A DNA stretch of 33,825 nucleotides. Source: Oscillospiraceae bacterium. Lineage in GTDB: Bacteria > Bacillota > Clostridia > Oscillospirales > Oscillospiraceae. Positions 24,269 to 32,553 of this stretch are shown here, piece by piece. The notes beneath the pieces were generated by a model. It did not search any database. It had not been told where the DNA came from and saw only the letters and a program-made list of their open reading frames with translations. Every line of letters begins with the position of its first letter. Position 1 is the stretch's first letter. Where the stretch lies: assembly GCA_020025375.1 (NCBI GenBank), contig JAHHSF010000001.1, positions 1 to 33,825 of the forward strand. The letters run 5' to 3'. The position numbers and the translations under genes were made by a program.

Positions 24269-25531
24269 TTAGAACGCGGAGTTCAGCCACTCGATGCCGT
24301 CAATCTGCAGGGCGAAGTAGGGAGCGGACTGGAAATAGGACTCGTGGAAAGCGCCGTCAAAAACGGCTTCCTCAGAATCGGGAGTAAAGTCGCCGTCGGT
24401 ATCCAGAGCGAAGGCGGAGGTCAGCTCCTTGCCCTCGATGGTGAAGGTCTTGGTGTCAAAGACCTGAAGGGAGCCGTCAGCCAGAGCGGCCTCCACCTCG
24501 GCCAGCTTCTCAGCGGTACCGGGGGCGGCAATGGCCTCGTTCAGCTCAGTCATGACCACAGCGCCCTGGTCCATACCGTGGCACCAGTCCTGATCGAACT
24601 CCTCACCGTTGACCACGGCCTCGATCACATACTCAAAGTAGGGGGCCCAGTCGATACGGGTGCCGATGAGGGAGGCCTCGGGGGCCACGCCGATCATGTC
24701 GTTGTTGTAGCCGGTATGGAACACGCCCTTGGACTGGGCGGTGGTGGCGGGAGTGGTGTTGTCGGAGTGCTGGCTGATGATCACGCAACCCATGTCGGCC
24801 AGGGCGGCGGCGGCACTGGCCTCCTCAGTGGCGTTGGACCAGGAGCCCACGAACTGAACCTTCATGGTAGCGGAGGGGCAGACACTCTTGGCGCCCAGGT
24901 AGTAGGCGGTAAAGCCGGAGATGACCTCGGCGAAGGAGTAGGCGCCCACGTAGCCAATAACGGCCTCCTCAGCGGTAATGTCCCCATTGTCGATCATTTC
25001 CTGCATCTTCATGCCGGCCACCACGCCGGCCAGGTAGCGGCCCTCATAGATGTTGGCGAAAGCGTTGTGGGTGTTGGGCAGCTCGTCGCCCCAGGAAGCC
25101 TGGTTGGTGCAGGAAATGAACTGAATCTCAGGATAGTCGGGGGCCACCTTCAGCATATGCTCCTCGAAGCCGAAGGAGTTGTTGATGATAAGCTCACAGC
25201 CCTCCTCGGCCAGCTCCAGGTTGGCATCCTCACAGGTGGAATTCTCCAGGATGTTGTACTTGGTGACCCACTCCACGTTGATGCCCTTGGCAGCCAAGGC
25301 CTCGGTGGCGGTCTCCTTGCCCCGGATGAAGTTGTAGGTGTAGCCCTGGTCGTTCTCGTCACCGATGCAGATGAGGCCCACCTTGATGTTCTTGCCCTCT
25401 TCCACGTTCTGGGTAGGAGCATCGCTGGGGACTTCGCTTGGCTTCTCGGACGGGTTGTCCCCGCCGCCGCAGGCGGCCAGGCCAAACACCATAGAGCCAG
25501 CAAGGAGCAGTGCCAACAGTTTCTTCTTCAT
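24269..25531 (-). CDS. BMP-family (basic membrane protein / PnrA-Med type) ABC substrate-binding lipoprotein
   Basis: ORF of 420 aa. Lipoprotein signal MKKKLLALLLAGSMVFGLAAC with lipobox LAAC, then a Gly/Ser/Pro linker. AAGGAGGAAACGAAA sits before the ATG. First gene of the four-gene ABC operon. Confidence 0.9.
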   Translation of the reverse strand: MKKKLLALLLAGSMVFGLAACGGGDNPSEKPSEVPSDAPTQNVEEGKNIKVGLICIGDENDQGYTYNFIRGKETATEALAAKGINVEWVTKYNILENSTCEDANLELAEEGCELIINNSFGFEEHMLKVAPDYPEIQFISCTNQASWGDELPNTHNAFANIYEGRYLAGVVAGMKMQEMIDNGDITAEEAVIGYVGAYSFAEVISGFTAYYLGAKSVCPSATMKVQFVGSWSNATEEASAAAALADMGCVIISQHSDNTTPATTAQSKGVFHTGYNNDMIGVAPEASLIGTRIDWAPYFEYVIEAVVNGEEFDQDWCHGMDQGAVVMTELNEAIAAPGTAEKLAEVEAALADGSLQVFDTKTFTIEGKELTSAFALDTDGDFTPDSEEAVFDGAFHESYFQSAPYFALQIDGIEWLNSAF

Positions 25532-25732
25532 TTTCGTTTCCTCCTTATGTCGTCAAAATAATGTCTTCTCTTCCTCTATCTGAAACGGCAAACGCCGTGG
25601 TTCCCAAGAATCCAAGAAGAGACCTACACGGGGAATGTGATAAGTCTCTTCTTCGGTATCCGCTCATCATGGGGAAGGTTTCCACATCTGCGGCAGCAAG
25701 GGGCTTTGCTTTGTAAATAGTAGTTGGGCGGT

Positions 25733-26305
25733 TCAGCAGAACTCTACGCCGCCCTCCATGCTCATGGATTTCACGCGGGCCAAAGACTCCACCCGGACGC
25801 CCATGTCCCGAATCAGGTCTCCGCCGGGCTGAAAGGCCTTTTCCACACAGATCCCGGCTCCCACCACGGTAGCTCCGGCATCCTCTACCAGCTTGATGAG
25901 ACCCTTGAGGGCGCTCCCGTTGGCCAGGAAGTCGTCGATGATGAGCACCCGGTCCCCGGCGTTCAGGAAGTCCTTGGACACGATAATGTCATAGACCTTG
26001 CCGTGGGTAAAGGACTCCACCTTGGAGGTGTAGACATCGCCGGCGATGTTCTTGGTCTTGCTCTTCTTGGCAAAGATGACAGGGACCTCAAAAAACTCGG
26101 CGGTGACACAGGCGATGCCGATACCAGAGGCCTCAATGGTAAGGATCTTGGTCACATTCTCTCCACCGTAGAGGCGAAAGAACTCCTTGCCGATCTCTTG
26201 GTACAGCTTAATATCAATCTGATGGTTCAGAAAGCTGTCCACCTTCAGGACGCCGCCGTCAAAAATCTTTCCGTTCTTGCGGATACGCTCTTCTAACAGT
26301 TTCAT
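25733..26305 (-). CDS. xpt: Xanthine phosphoribosyltransferase
   Basis: The track ORF extends to 26323. Start placed at ATG 26305 (MKLLEERIRKNGKI...). Motifs LKVDSFLNHQID, ILTIEASGI and the PRPP-binding loop VLIIDDFLANG. Confidence 0.9.
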   Translation of the reverse strand: MKLLEERIRKNGKIFDGGVLKVDSFLNHQIDIKLYQEIGKEFFRLYGGENVTKILTIEASGIGIACVTAEFFEVPVIFAKKSKTKNIAGDVYTSKVESFTHGKVYDIIVSKDFLNAGDRVLIIDDFLANGSALKGLIKLVEDAGATVVGAGICVEKAFQPGGDLIRDMGVRVESLARVKSMSMEGGVEFC

Positions 26306-26413
26306 GGGTCTGCCTTCTTCCATCCTTTTTCATATTAATTTTACATGAAAACATAGGTGGCTTCAATCGTGCATTTTACACAAAAAACACTTGTCTTTTT
26401 CCACGCTTCTCTC

Positions 26414-26441
26414 TTGACGGCCCGACCCACTGTGATAAAAT
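26414..26441 (+). promoter_or_regulatory. Candidate promoter for the SLH-GH18 gene
   Basis: TTGACG (26414-26419), 16 nt spacer, TG-a-TAAAAT (26436-26441). Short leader to ATG 26476. Confidence 0.45.
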
Positions 26442-26475
26442 AGGATTAAAGTCTTTAGAACCACGAGGAATCATT

Positions 26476-28101
26476 ATGAAACTGCTTCAAAAAACCATCT
26501 CCCTTGCCCTGAGTGCCGCCCTTCTCACCCCCCTTTGCGCCTCAGCTGCGACGGAAAAAGTGTATAGCGACGTGCCCACCGCCCATTGGGCCGAGGCCGT
26601 CATCCAGAAAGCCGGCGACTATGGCCTCATGCAGGGCTTTGACGACGGCTCCTTCGGCCTGGGGCGAAATCTCTCCCGGGCCGAGTTCGTCACCATCCTG
26701 GCCCGGATGTTCGGCTGGACCGGCCATGACATGGGCCAGACCTACACCGATGTGCCACCGGACAGGTGGTACTACACCGCCGTGGAGCTGGCCGCCGCCG
26801 CGGGGGTGGCCGAGGCGGGAGACACCTTCCGCCCCGAAGCCCCTATCACCCGCCGGGAGATGGCCGAAATGCTGGTCTCCGCCCTGGGCTACGATCACAT
26901 CGCCGCTCAGGACTGGTCCACCCCCTTTGCCGACGTGTCCGGGGAGGGGGCCGGGTACCTGGCCGTGGCCTATGACATCGGCATGACTAACGGGGTGAAG
27001 TCCTACGGCAGACTCCTCTTCCAGCCCGAGGACAACGCCACCCGGGAGGAGGCCGCTGCCATGCTGGTCCGGGTATACGAGCGCTGGTCCTCCAAGATCG
27101 ATTGGCTCCATGGCTTCTACGCCATCTCCTCCTACTCTCAGATCGACCTGGCTACGGCCATGGATGGGGTCTCGGTGGGCTGGGCCAAACTGGAGTGGGA
27201 TGAGGCCGGTGCCCCCTTCCTCAACCACAGTAAGACCGAAAAGAACGACTGGGTCCGCCCCACGGACTACACCGATGTTTTGGATGTGTTTACAACCACC
27301 AACACCCCGGTAAATCTAAATATTTTTACCACTGATGCCACCTTCTTTCTCACCCCGGAAGCCAGGGTGTCTACAATCAGCGCCATCGTGGCTGCAAGCG
27401 CAGACTACGCCGGAATCACCATGGATGCAGAGGGGCTGAAGGGCGAGGATGTCCGCTCCGCCTATGCCGCCTTTATGGCTGAGCTGAAGGCCGCCCTCCC
27501 CCCGGAAAAGACCCTCTACGTCTGCGTCCCGCCCGACACTTGGTACGACGGTTTCGACTACCGGGCCCTGGGGGAGGTCTGCGACAAGGTCATCCTTATG
27601 GCCCACGATTATCAGTGGACCTCGGTCCCCGCCTCCTATGTGGGCACCGATAAGACCTCCACCCCCGTTACCCCCATCAAGGAGATCTACCGCGCTCTCC
27701 GGTCCGTTACCGATGCCGAGACCGGGGTGGCCGACCGCTCCAAGCTGGCCCTGGCTATCTCCTTCGCCAATGTGGGCCTGGCAGTGGATGAAAACGGCCT
27801 GCTGGCCGGGGACAAGCTCTATCGCCCCGCTGTCTCCACCGTCTACACCCGCCTGGGACAGGCCGACAGCGAGATGGGCTGGTCCGACGTGTATCAGAAT
27901 CCTTATCTCTATTATACGACCGAGGACGGCGGGCGATACCGCCTTTGGTATGAAGATTCCCGCTCCGTGGAGGCCAAGATCCGCCTGGCCCGGATGTTTG
28001 GTGTGAACGGTGTCTCTTTGTGGAGAATCGGCACCATCCCCAACTACCCGGACGAGGGGCTCTATTTCGACGTGTGGGAAACCATTCAGTCCCTGCGCTG
28101 A
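26476..28101 (+). CDS. Secreted cell-wall-anchored protein: signal peptide + 3 SLH domains + GH18-like (YaaH/SleL/YdhD-type) domain
   Basis: ORF of 541 aa. Signal peptide ...LLTPLCASAA. Three SLH repeats begin at YSDVPTAHWA, YTDVPPDRWYY and FADVSGEGAGY. GH18-like motifs are YAGITMDAEG (D-x-E), ILMAHDYQW (MxYD-like) and GVSLWRIG. Confidence 0.85.
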   Translation: MKLLQKTISLALSAALLTPLCASAATEKVYSDVPTAHWAEAVIQKAGDYGLMQGFDDGSFGLGRNLSRAEFVTILARMFGWTGHDMGQTYTDVPPDRWYYTAVELAAAAGVAEAGDTFRPEAPITRREMAEMLVSALGYDHIAAQDWSTPFADVSGEGAGYLAVAYDIGMTNGVKSYGRLLFQPEDNATREEAAAMLVRVYERWSSKIDWLHGFYAISSYSQIDLATAMDGVSVGWAKLEWDEAGAPFLNHSKTEKNDWVRPTDYTDVLDVFTTTNTPVNLNIFTTDATFFLTPEARVSTISAIVAASADYAGITMDAEGLKGEDVRSAYAAFMAELKAALPPEKTLYVCVPPDTWYDGFDYRALGEVCDKVILMAHDYQWTSVPASYVGTDKTSTPVTPIKEIYRALRSVTDAETGVADRSKLALAISFANVGLAVDENGLLAGDKLYRPAVSTVYTRLGQADSEMGWSDVYQNPYLYYTTEDGGRYRLWYEDSRSVEAKIRLARMFGVNGVSLWRIGTIPNYPDEGLYFDVWETIQSLR

Positions 28102-28115
28102 TAGGAGGAGGCATC

Positions 28116-28967
28116 ATGAATAAAAAAGCCGCGGTCCAGGAATTTCTCTTCATGACCTTCGGTACCTCGTTGGTGGCCATCGGCACCTACTTCTTCAAAT
28201 TTCCCAACCACTTCTCCACCGGTGGCGTCACCGGCATGGCGGTCATCCTGAACAGCATTTTTCCCAGCATCGCCCCCGGTACCTTTAATATGATTATCAA
28301 CGTGTTCTTCCTCATCGCGGGCTTTTTCCTTCTGGATAAGAGTTTCGGGGCCAAGACAGTTTATTGTTCCCTCCTTTTTTCCGGCCTGGTCCAGGCCATG
28401 GAGTGGTTTCTTCCTTTGGAAGCCCCACTTACCTCCTCCCCCTTGCTGGAGCTCTTCTTCTCGGTCATTTTCCCCGCCTTCGGCTCTGCCATTTTGTTTA
28501 ACCTGGGCTCCTCCACCGGCGGTACCGATATCGCCGCCTTGATTTTGAAGCGCTTTTCCAGCCTGGACACTGGCATGGCTCTCCTTTGCTCGGACGTGCT
28601 CATCGCCGCCTCCACCCTCTTCTTCTTCGGTATCGAGACCGGCCTCTACTCCATTTTGGGCCTGCTCCTCAAATCTGTGATGGTTGACAGCGTCATTGAG
28701 TCCCTCAACCGTCGCAAAAGCTTTTTCGTCATCACCCAAAATCCGGAGATCGCCTGCGACTACATCACCCATACCCTTCTCCGTGGGGCCACCACCTGGT
28801 CCGCCCAAGGGGCGTACACCCATCACCAGTCTACCGTCATCCTCACCGCCCTCTCCCGTGGACAGGCCGTGGCCCTCCGCCGCCATCTGCGGCAAGAGGA
28901 TCCCCACGCCTTCATGGTGATTGCAAACTCCAGTGAGATCTTCGGTAAAGGCTTTCTGCGGGCCTGA
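28116..28967 (+). CDS. YitT-family membrane protein (DUF2179 C-terminal domain)
   Basis: The track ORF starts at 28020. Start placed at ATG 28116 (MNKKAAVQEFLFMTFGTSLVAIGTYFFKFPNHFSTGGVTGMAVIL) behind AGGAGGAG. C-terminal FFVITQNPEIACDYI...GATTWSAQGAYT...VIANSSEIFGKGF. Confidence 0.88.
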   Translation: MNKKAAVQEFLFMTFGTSLVAIGTYFFKFPNHFSTGGVTGMAVILNSIFPSIAPGTFNMIINVFFLIAGFFLLDKSFGAKTVYCSLLFSGLVQAMEWFLPLEAPLTSSPLLELFFSVIFPAFGSAILFNLGSSTGGTDIAALILKRFSSLDTGMALLCSDVLIAASTLFFFGIETGLYSILGLLLKSVMVDSVIESLNRRKSFFVITQNPEIACDYITHTLLRGATTWSAQGAYTHHQSTVILTALSRGQAVALRRHLRQEDPHAFMVIANSSEIFGKGFLRA

Positions 28968-28979
28968 GATGCGAATTTT

Positions 28980-29009
28980 GGCGGACAACTTCGGTTGTCC
29001 GCCTTTTTT
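28980..29009 (+). terminator. Rho-independent terminator after the YitT-family gene
   Basis: GGCGGACAAC-ttcg-GTTGTCCGCC followed by TTTTTT. Confidence 0.8.
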
Positions 29010-29112
29010 GTTCCCTTCTGCCGAATGATTTTCCGCCTTCCCGACTGCTTCCGCCATTTCCCACAGGAAAAAAATGGTAAACTTTGGCTATCACGAAAGG
29101 ACGGATGCGAAG

Positions 29113-29922
29113 ATGGCATTTTTTAAGAAAAAAGGCTTTTTTGAAAGCAACCGGGTCCTCTCCCTCCCGGTAAGCTCTATTGTGCCCAATCCGAACCAAC
29201 CCAGAACCTGTTTTGAGGAGGCCGGCCTGCTGGAACTGGCCGCCTCCATTCGGGAAAACGGCATCCTCCAACCCCTGTCCGTGCGGCGGTGTTCCAGCGG
29301 CTTTGAGCTGGTCTCCGGGGAGCGGCGTCTCCGGGCCGCCAAGCTCTGCTCCCTTCGGGAGGTCCCCTGTATTATTTTGGAAGTAGACGAGCAGGGCTCC
29401 TCCCTCCTGGCCCTGGTGGAGAACCTTCAGCGCCGGGACTTGGACTTTTGGGAGGAGGCTACCGCCCTGGACGCCCTTATCCGCACTTTTGACCTCACCC
29501 AGGAGGAGGCTGCCAAGAAAATCGGCAAGTCGCAGCCGGCGGTTGCCAATAAGCTGCGGCTTTTGAAGCTTTCCCCCGATTGTCTGTCCGCCATTCGTGA
29601 GGCCGGGCTCAGTGAGCGCCACGCCCGGGCTCTGCTTCGGCTGGAGGAAGAAGAGCGGCTGGAGACCCTCCGCTTTATCATCGAGAACCATCTCAACGTG
29701 GCCCAGACCGACGCGTACGTGGATACCCTCTTGGCCCCCCCCGAGCCGGAGCCTGCCAAACCAACCCGGAAAAAGCCTACTTATATTATTAAGGATGTGC
29801 GCCTCTTTCTGAACACGGTGACCCGGGGTCTCTCTATGATGAAGACCGCCGGGGTAGCGGCCAGTTGCCACCGGGAAGAAAACGACCACGCTATTTTGTT
29901 GACAATCGAAATTCCAAAGTAG
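29113..29922 (+). CDS. noc: ParB-family protein, nucleoid-occlusion (Noc)-like paralogue
   Basis: The track ORF starts at 29074. Start placed at ATG 29113, giving the N-terminus MAFFKKKGFFES (amphipathic, Noc-like membrane-targeting type). ParB box VPNPNQPR...GILQPLSVR...ELVSGERRLRAAK, HTH QEEAAKKIGKSQPAVANKLRLL. The C-terminus IKDVRLFLNTVTRGLSMMKTAG...ILLTIEIPK resembles the B. subtilis Noc tail. Stop is TAG. Confidence 0.8.
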   Translation: MAFFKKKGFFESNRVLSLPVSSIVPNPNQPRTCFEEAGLLELAASIRENGILQPLSVRRCSSGFELVSGERRLRAAKLCSLREVPCIILEVDEQGSSLLALVENLQRRDLDFWEEATALDALIRTFDLTQEEAAKKIGKSQPAVANKLRLLKLSPDCLSAIREAGLSERHARALLRLEEEERLETLRFIIENHLNVAQTDAYVDTLLAPPEPEPAKPTRKKPTYIIKDVRLFLNTVTRGLSMMKTAGVAASCHREENDHAILLTIEIPK

Positions 29923-29949
29923 CCACCCACTCTATCCAGTTCTTTCTGT

Positions 29950-29990
29950 CTGGAATGTTTCACATGAAACATTCCAGACTTTTTCTTTTT
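29950..29990 (+). terminator. Rho-independent terminator after noc, whose stem is built around a parS-like palindrome
   Basis: 28-nt palindrome CTGGAATGTTTCA-ca-TGAAACATTCCAG (29950-29977) followed by ACTTTTTCTTTTT. Confidence 0.7.
29956..29971. promoter_or_regulatory. parS-like site (1 mismatch to TGTTNCACGTGAAACA)
   Basis: TGTTTCACATGAAACA, with the central G changed to A. Embedded in the terminator stem. Confidence 0.55.
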
Positions 29991-29993
29991 CAT

Positions 29994-30009
29994 TGTTTCT
30001 CGTGAAACA
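29994..30009. promoter_or_regulatory. parS-like site (1 mismatch)
   Basis: TGTTTCTCGTGAAACA, with flanking bases extending the palindrome (CATTGTTTC...GAAACAATG). Confidence 0.65.
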
Positions 30010-30022
30010 ATGGCGGTTTTAG

Positions 30023-30051
30023 TTGAAATCCATGGCATACCGCATTATAAT
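30023..30051 (+). promoter_or_regulatory. Near-consensus sigma-A promoter upstream of soj
   Basis: TTGAAA (30023-30028), exactly 17 nt spacer, TATAAT (30046-30051). Implies a leader of about 190 nt before ATG 30248. Confidence 0.6.
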
Positions 30052-30247
30052 AATATTTGTTGCAAAATCCTCCTGGAGGTTTCTACACGGTATCCTCGTG
30101 CAGGGTTTTGGAGTATAACAATTCTAAATCCTTGCAACAAGCAGAGCAAAGCGCTCTTGAAAGCCTCTGCTTACAAGACTTGCAGGTTTCTTTGTGCCGC
30201 ATGAAATATACTTTGCTGTGCAGAATAATACGAAAGGCAGGTGCCTT

Positions 30248-31039
30248 ATGGCTAAAACCATTTCCATTGTGAACCAGAAAGGTGGCGTGGGAAAAACAAC
30301 CACCTGCGTCAATCTGGTGGCATCTCTGGCTGCCAGGGGCAAGCGGGTCCTCCTTTGCGACTTTGACCCTCAGGCAAACGCCACCTCCGGACTGGGTGTG
30401 GACAAAACCACCGCCACCCCCAACATTTATGATGTCCTTGTTGCCGATGCCCCCTGCGGCAAGGCCATCGTAAAGACCCCATACGGTGACGTACTGCCGG
30501 CCAACAAGGCCCTGGCGGGTGCCACTGTGGAGATGATTTCCATGGACCACCGGGAGTACCGTCTGAAGGATGCTCTGGCTACCGTGGCCGATCAGTACGA
30601 CTACATCTTTATTGACTGCCCCCCCTCCCTGGAGCTTCTCACCCTGAACGCCCTCTGCGCCTCGGACACCGTCCTTGTGCCTGTCCAGTGTGAGTATTAC
30701 GCACTGGAAGGTCTCTCCGACCTGCTCTCCACCATTCGCATCGTGAAGCGGTCCCTGAACACCTCCATTGCTCTGGAAGGGGTCGTTCTTACCATGTTTG
30801 ACGGGCGGACCAACCTCTCCCTTCAGGTGGCCGAAGAGGTCAAGCGCCACTTTCCCGGCCAGGTCTACGCTACCGTCATCCCCCGCAACGTCCGTCTCTC
30901 CGAGGCCCCCAGCCACGGCAAGCCCGTGCTGGCCTACGACCCCTGGAGCCGCGGCACCGAGGCCTATAAGGCCCTGGCAGACGAATTTATTGAATTAAAC
31001 GCATGCCCCGTTTCACGTGAAACATTGAGAAAGGACTGA
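30248..31039 (+). CDS. soj: Chromosome partitioning ATPase ParA/Soj
   Basis: The track ORF starts at 30194. Start placed at ATG 30248 (MAKTISIVNQKGGVGKTTT, deviant Walker A). Motifs DFDPQANATSGLG, IDCPPSL, IPRNVRLSEAPSHGKPV. Confidence 0.93.
   Translation: MAKTISIVNQKGGVGKTTTCVNLVASLAARGKRVLLCDFDPQANATSGLGVDKTTATPNIYDVLVADAPCGKAIVKTPYGDVLPANKALAGATVEMISMDHREYRLKDALATVADQYDYIFIDCPPSLELLTLNALCASDTVLVPVQCEYYALEGLSDLLSTIRIVKRSLNTSIALEGVVLTMFDGRTNLSLQVAEEVKRHFPGQVYATVIPRNVRLSEAPSHGKPVLAYDPWSRGTEAYKALADEFIELNACPVSRETLRKD
31009..31024. promoter_or_regulatory. parS site inside the 3' end of soj (1 mismatch at the outer base)
   Basis: CGTTTCACGTGAAACA. The inner 14 nt GTTTCACGTGAAAC are a perfect palindrome identical to the Firmicute parS core. 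Confidence 0.75.
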
Positions 31040-31045
31040 ACACAA

Positions 31046-31939
31046 GTGGCAATGAAAGAACGCGGCCTGGGCAAGGGCCTGGGCGCTCTTCTTGGGGACG
31101 CCGCCCTGCAAACCCAGGAGGGCGGCTCCGTCACCCTTCCCATCTCTGAGGTGCAGCCCGGCCTGAACCAGCCCAGAAAGCGGTTTGATGCGGAAGCGCT
31201 GGACGACCTGGCCGACTCCATCCGGCAATACGGTATTATTCAGCCCCTCACTGTGCGGCGGCTGGCCTCCGGCTATTATCAGATTATCGCCGGTGAACGC
31301 CGTTGGCGGGCCGCCAAGCAGGCAGGTCTTTTGGAAGTCCCCGCCATCATTATCGAGGCCGACGACAAAAAAGTCATGGAGATTGGCCTTATCGAAAACC
31401 TTCAGCGGGAGGACTTGAACCCTATGGAAGAGGCCAAGGGCTACAAGGTCCTCATGGAGGAGCACGGCCTTACCCAGGAAGGGGTTGCGGAGCGGATGGG
31501 CAAGTCCCGGCCCGCCATCGCCAACACCCTGCGGCTCCTGGCCTTGCCCGATGCCGTCCAGCTCATGCTGGAAGAGGGCAAGCTCTCCGCCGGTCATGCC
31601 CGGGCCCTTCTGGTTCTCCCCAAGGGGGACTCACAAAAGAAGCTGGCCCAGCGGGTCATCGCCGAGGGCCTGTCGGTCCGTCAAACCGAAGCCATAGCGA
31701 AACATCTGGCCAAGGCAGGCGATCAGACGGAGCCACCAAAGCCCAAGCCTCAGCCCGATATTTACCTTACCGACGCCGCCAAGACCCTTTCCGCCCGCTT
31801 TGGTCGCAAGGTAGCCATCCTCGGCGGTAAGAAAAAGGGTAAGGTAGAATTCGAATACTACGACCAGAGTGACCTTATGCTCCTATTAGATGCCCTGGAG
31901 ACCGCCAGCGTGCCCAAGAAGGGGGGCGCACCCTCGTGA
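31046..31939 (+). CDS. spo0J: Chromosome partitioning protein ParB/Spo0J
   Basis: ORF of 297 aa. Motifs RGLGKGLGALL, LNQPRKRFD, GIIQPLTVRR, IIAGERRWRAAK, ENLQREDLNPMEEA, HTH QEGVAERMGKSRPAIANTLRLL. GTG at 31046 (10 nt after GAAAGGA) or ATG at 31052. Confidence 0.93.
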   Translation: MAMKERGLGKGLGALLGDAALQTQEGGSVTLPISEVQPGLNQPRKRFDAEALDDLADSIRQYGIIQPLTVRRLASGYYQIIAGERRWRAAKQAGLLEVPAIIIEADDKKVMEIGLIENLQREDLNPMEEAKGYKVLMEEHGLTQEGVAERMGKSRPAIANTLRLLALPDAVQLMLEEGKLSAGHARALLVLPKGDSQKKLAQRVIAEGLSVRQTEAIAKHLAKAGDQTEPPKPKPQPDIYLTDAAKTLSARFGRKVAILGGKKKGKVEFEYYDQSDLMLLLDALETASVPKKGGAPS

Positions 31940-32508
31940 GCGACAAGCCAGAATCCCCCTCCCCTTCCCGCGAAAATCGTCGCCGCCGGGAGAGTGCCCA
32001 AAAGACCAGGGGCCGTGTGGTGACCTATCTCGCCATTCTCTTCGCTGCCGCCTTTTTTCTCCTGCTCATGTCCTACTTTATGCAACAACGGGCCAACCGG
32101 GAGACCATTGACGGCCTGACCCAGACCGTGAACTCCATTCATTCCCTGCAAAACCTGGTAGACGTGAACAAGGCTTTGGAGGAAGAAAACGCCGCCCTAA
32201 AGGCCCAGAACGAGACCCTGGAGGAGCAGAAGGGTGCCCTTTTTCACGACAAACAGGCCCTCACCGCCGAGGCCAACGCCCTAAAGGACCAGGCCGCCAC
32301 CATGCAGTATTTCTGGCAGATTGACGAAGCCTACGTCCGCGGCCGGTATAAACTCTGCCGGTCCCTCATTGAGGATATGCAGGCCCAGGTCACCAACTCC
32401 GGTGGGGATACCAAACTGGCCGACTTCCTTTCCACGGAAAACAGCACCGGGAATGACCGCTTCTCCCCTTATGACCGCTATATGGAGATCTATAACGCCC
32501 TTTACTGA
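31936..32508 (+). CDS. Hypothetical single-pass membrane protein with coiled coil (possibly the DUF4446-type protein commonly found after parB in Firmicutes)
   Basis: ORF of 190 aa. GTG start overlaps the spo0J stop (GTGA). Basic N-terminus, one TM helix (VVTYLAILFAAAFFLLLMSYF), then heptad-like LEEENAALKAQNETLEEQKGAL...LTAEANALKDQ. Confidence 0.65.
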   Translation: MSDKPESPSPSRENRRRRESAQKTRGRVVTYLAILFAAAFFLLLMSYFMQQRANRETIDGLTQTVNSIHSLQNLVDVNKALEEENAALKAQNETLEEQKGALFHDKQALTAEANALKDQAATMQYFWQIDEAYVRGRYKLCRSLIEDMQAQVTNSGGDTKLADFLSTENSTGNDRFSPYDRYMEIYNALY

Positions 32509-32519
32509 CCCTCAAAAAA

Positions 32520-32535
32520 TGTTTCACGAGAAACA
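32520..32535. promoter_or_regulatory. parS-like site (1 mismatch) 19 nt upstream of the serS start
   Basis: TGTTTCACGAGAAACA, the exact reverse complement of the 29994-30009 site. Confidence 0.65.
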
Positions 32536-32553
32536 AAAAAGGAGATAATCAAG

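Noticed and set aside
26306-26475. Guanine/purine riboswitch expected upstream of xpt.
   Set aside because: The minus-strand leader is short and lacks the conserved J1-2/J2-3/J3-1 sequences (UAUAAU, UUUCUACC, CCGUAAA, GACUAUG).
32509-32553. T-box leader expected upstream of serS.
   Set aside because: The spacer is only 45 nt and holds a parS-like palindrome and the SD. There is no room for a T-box.
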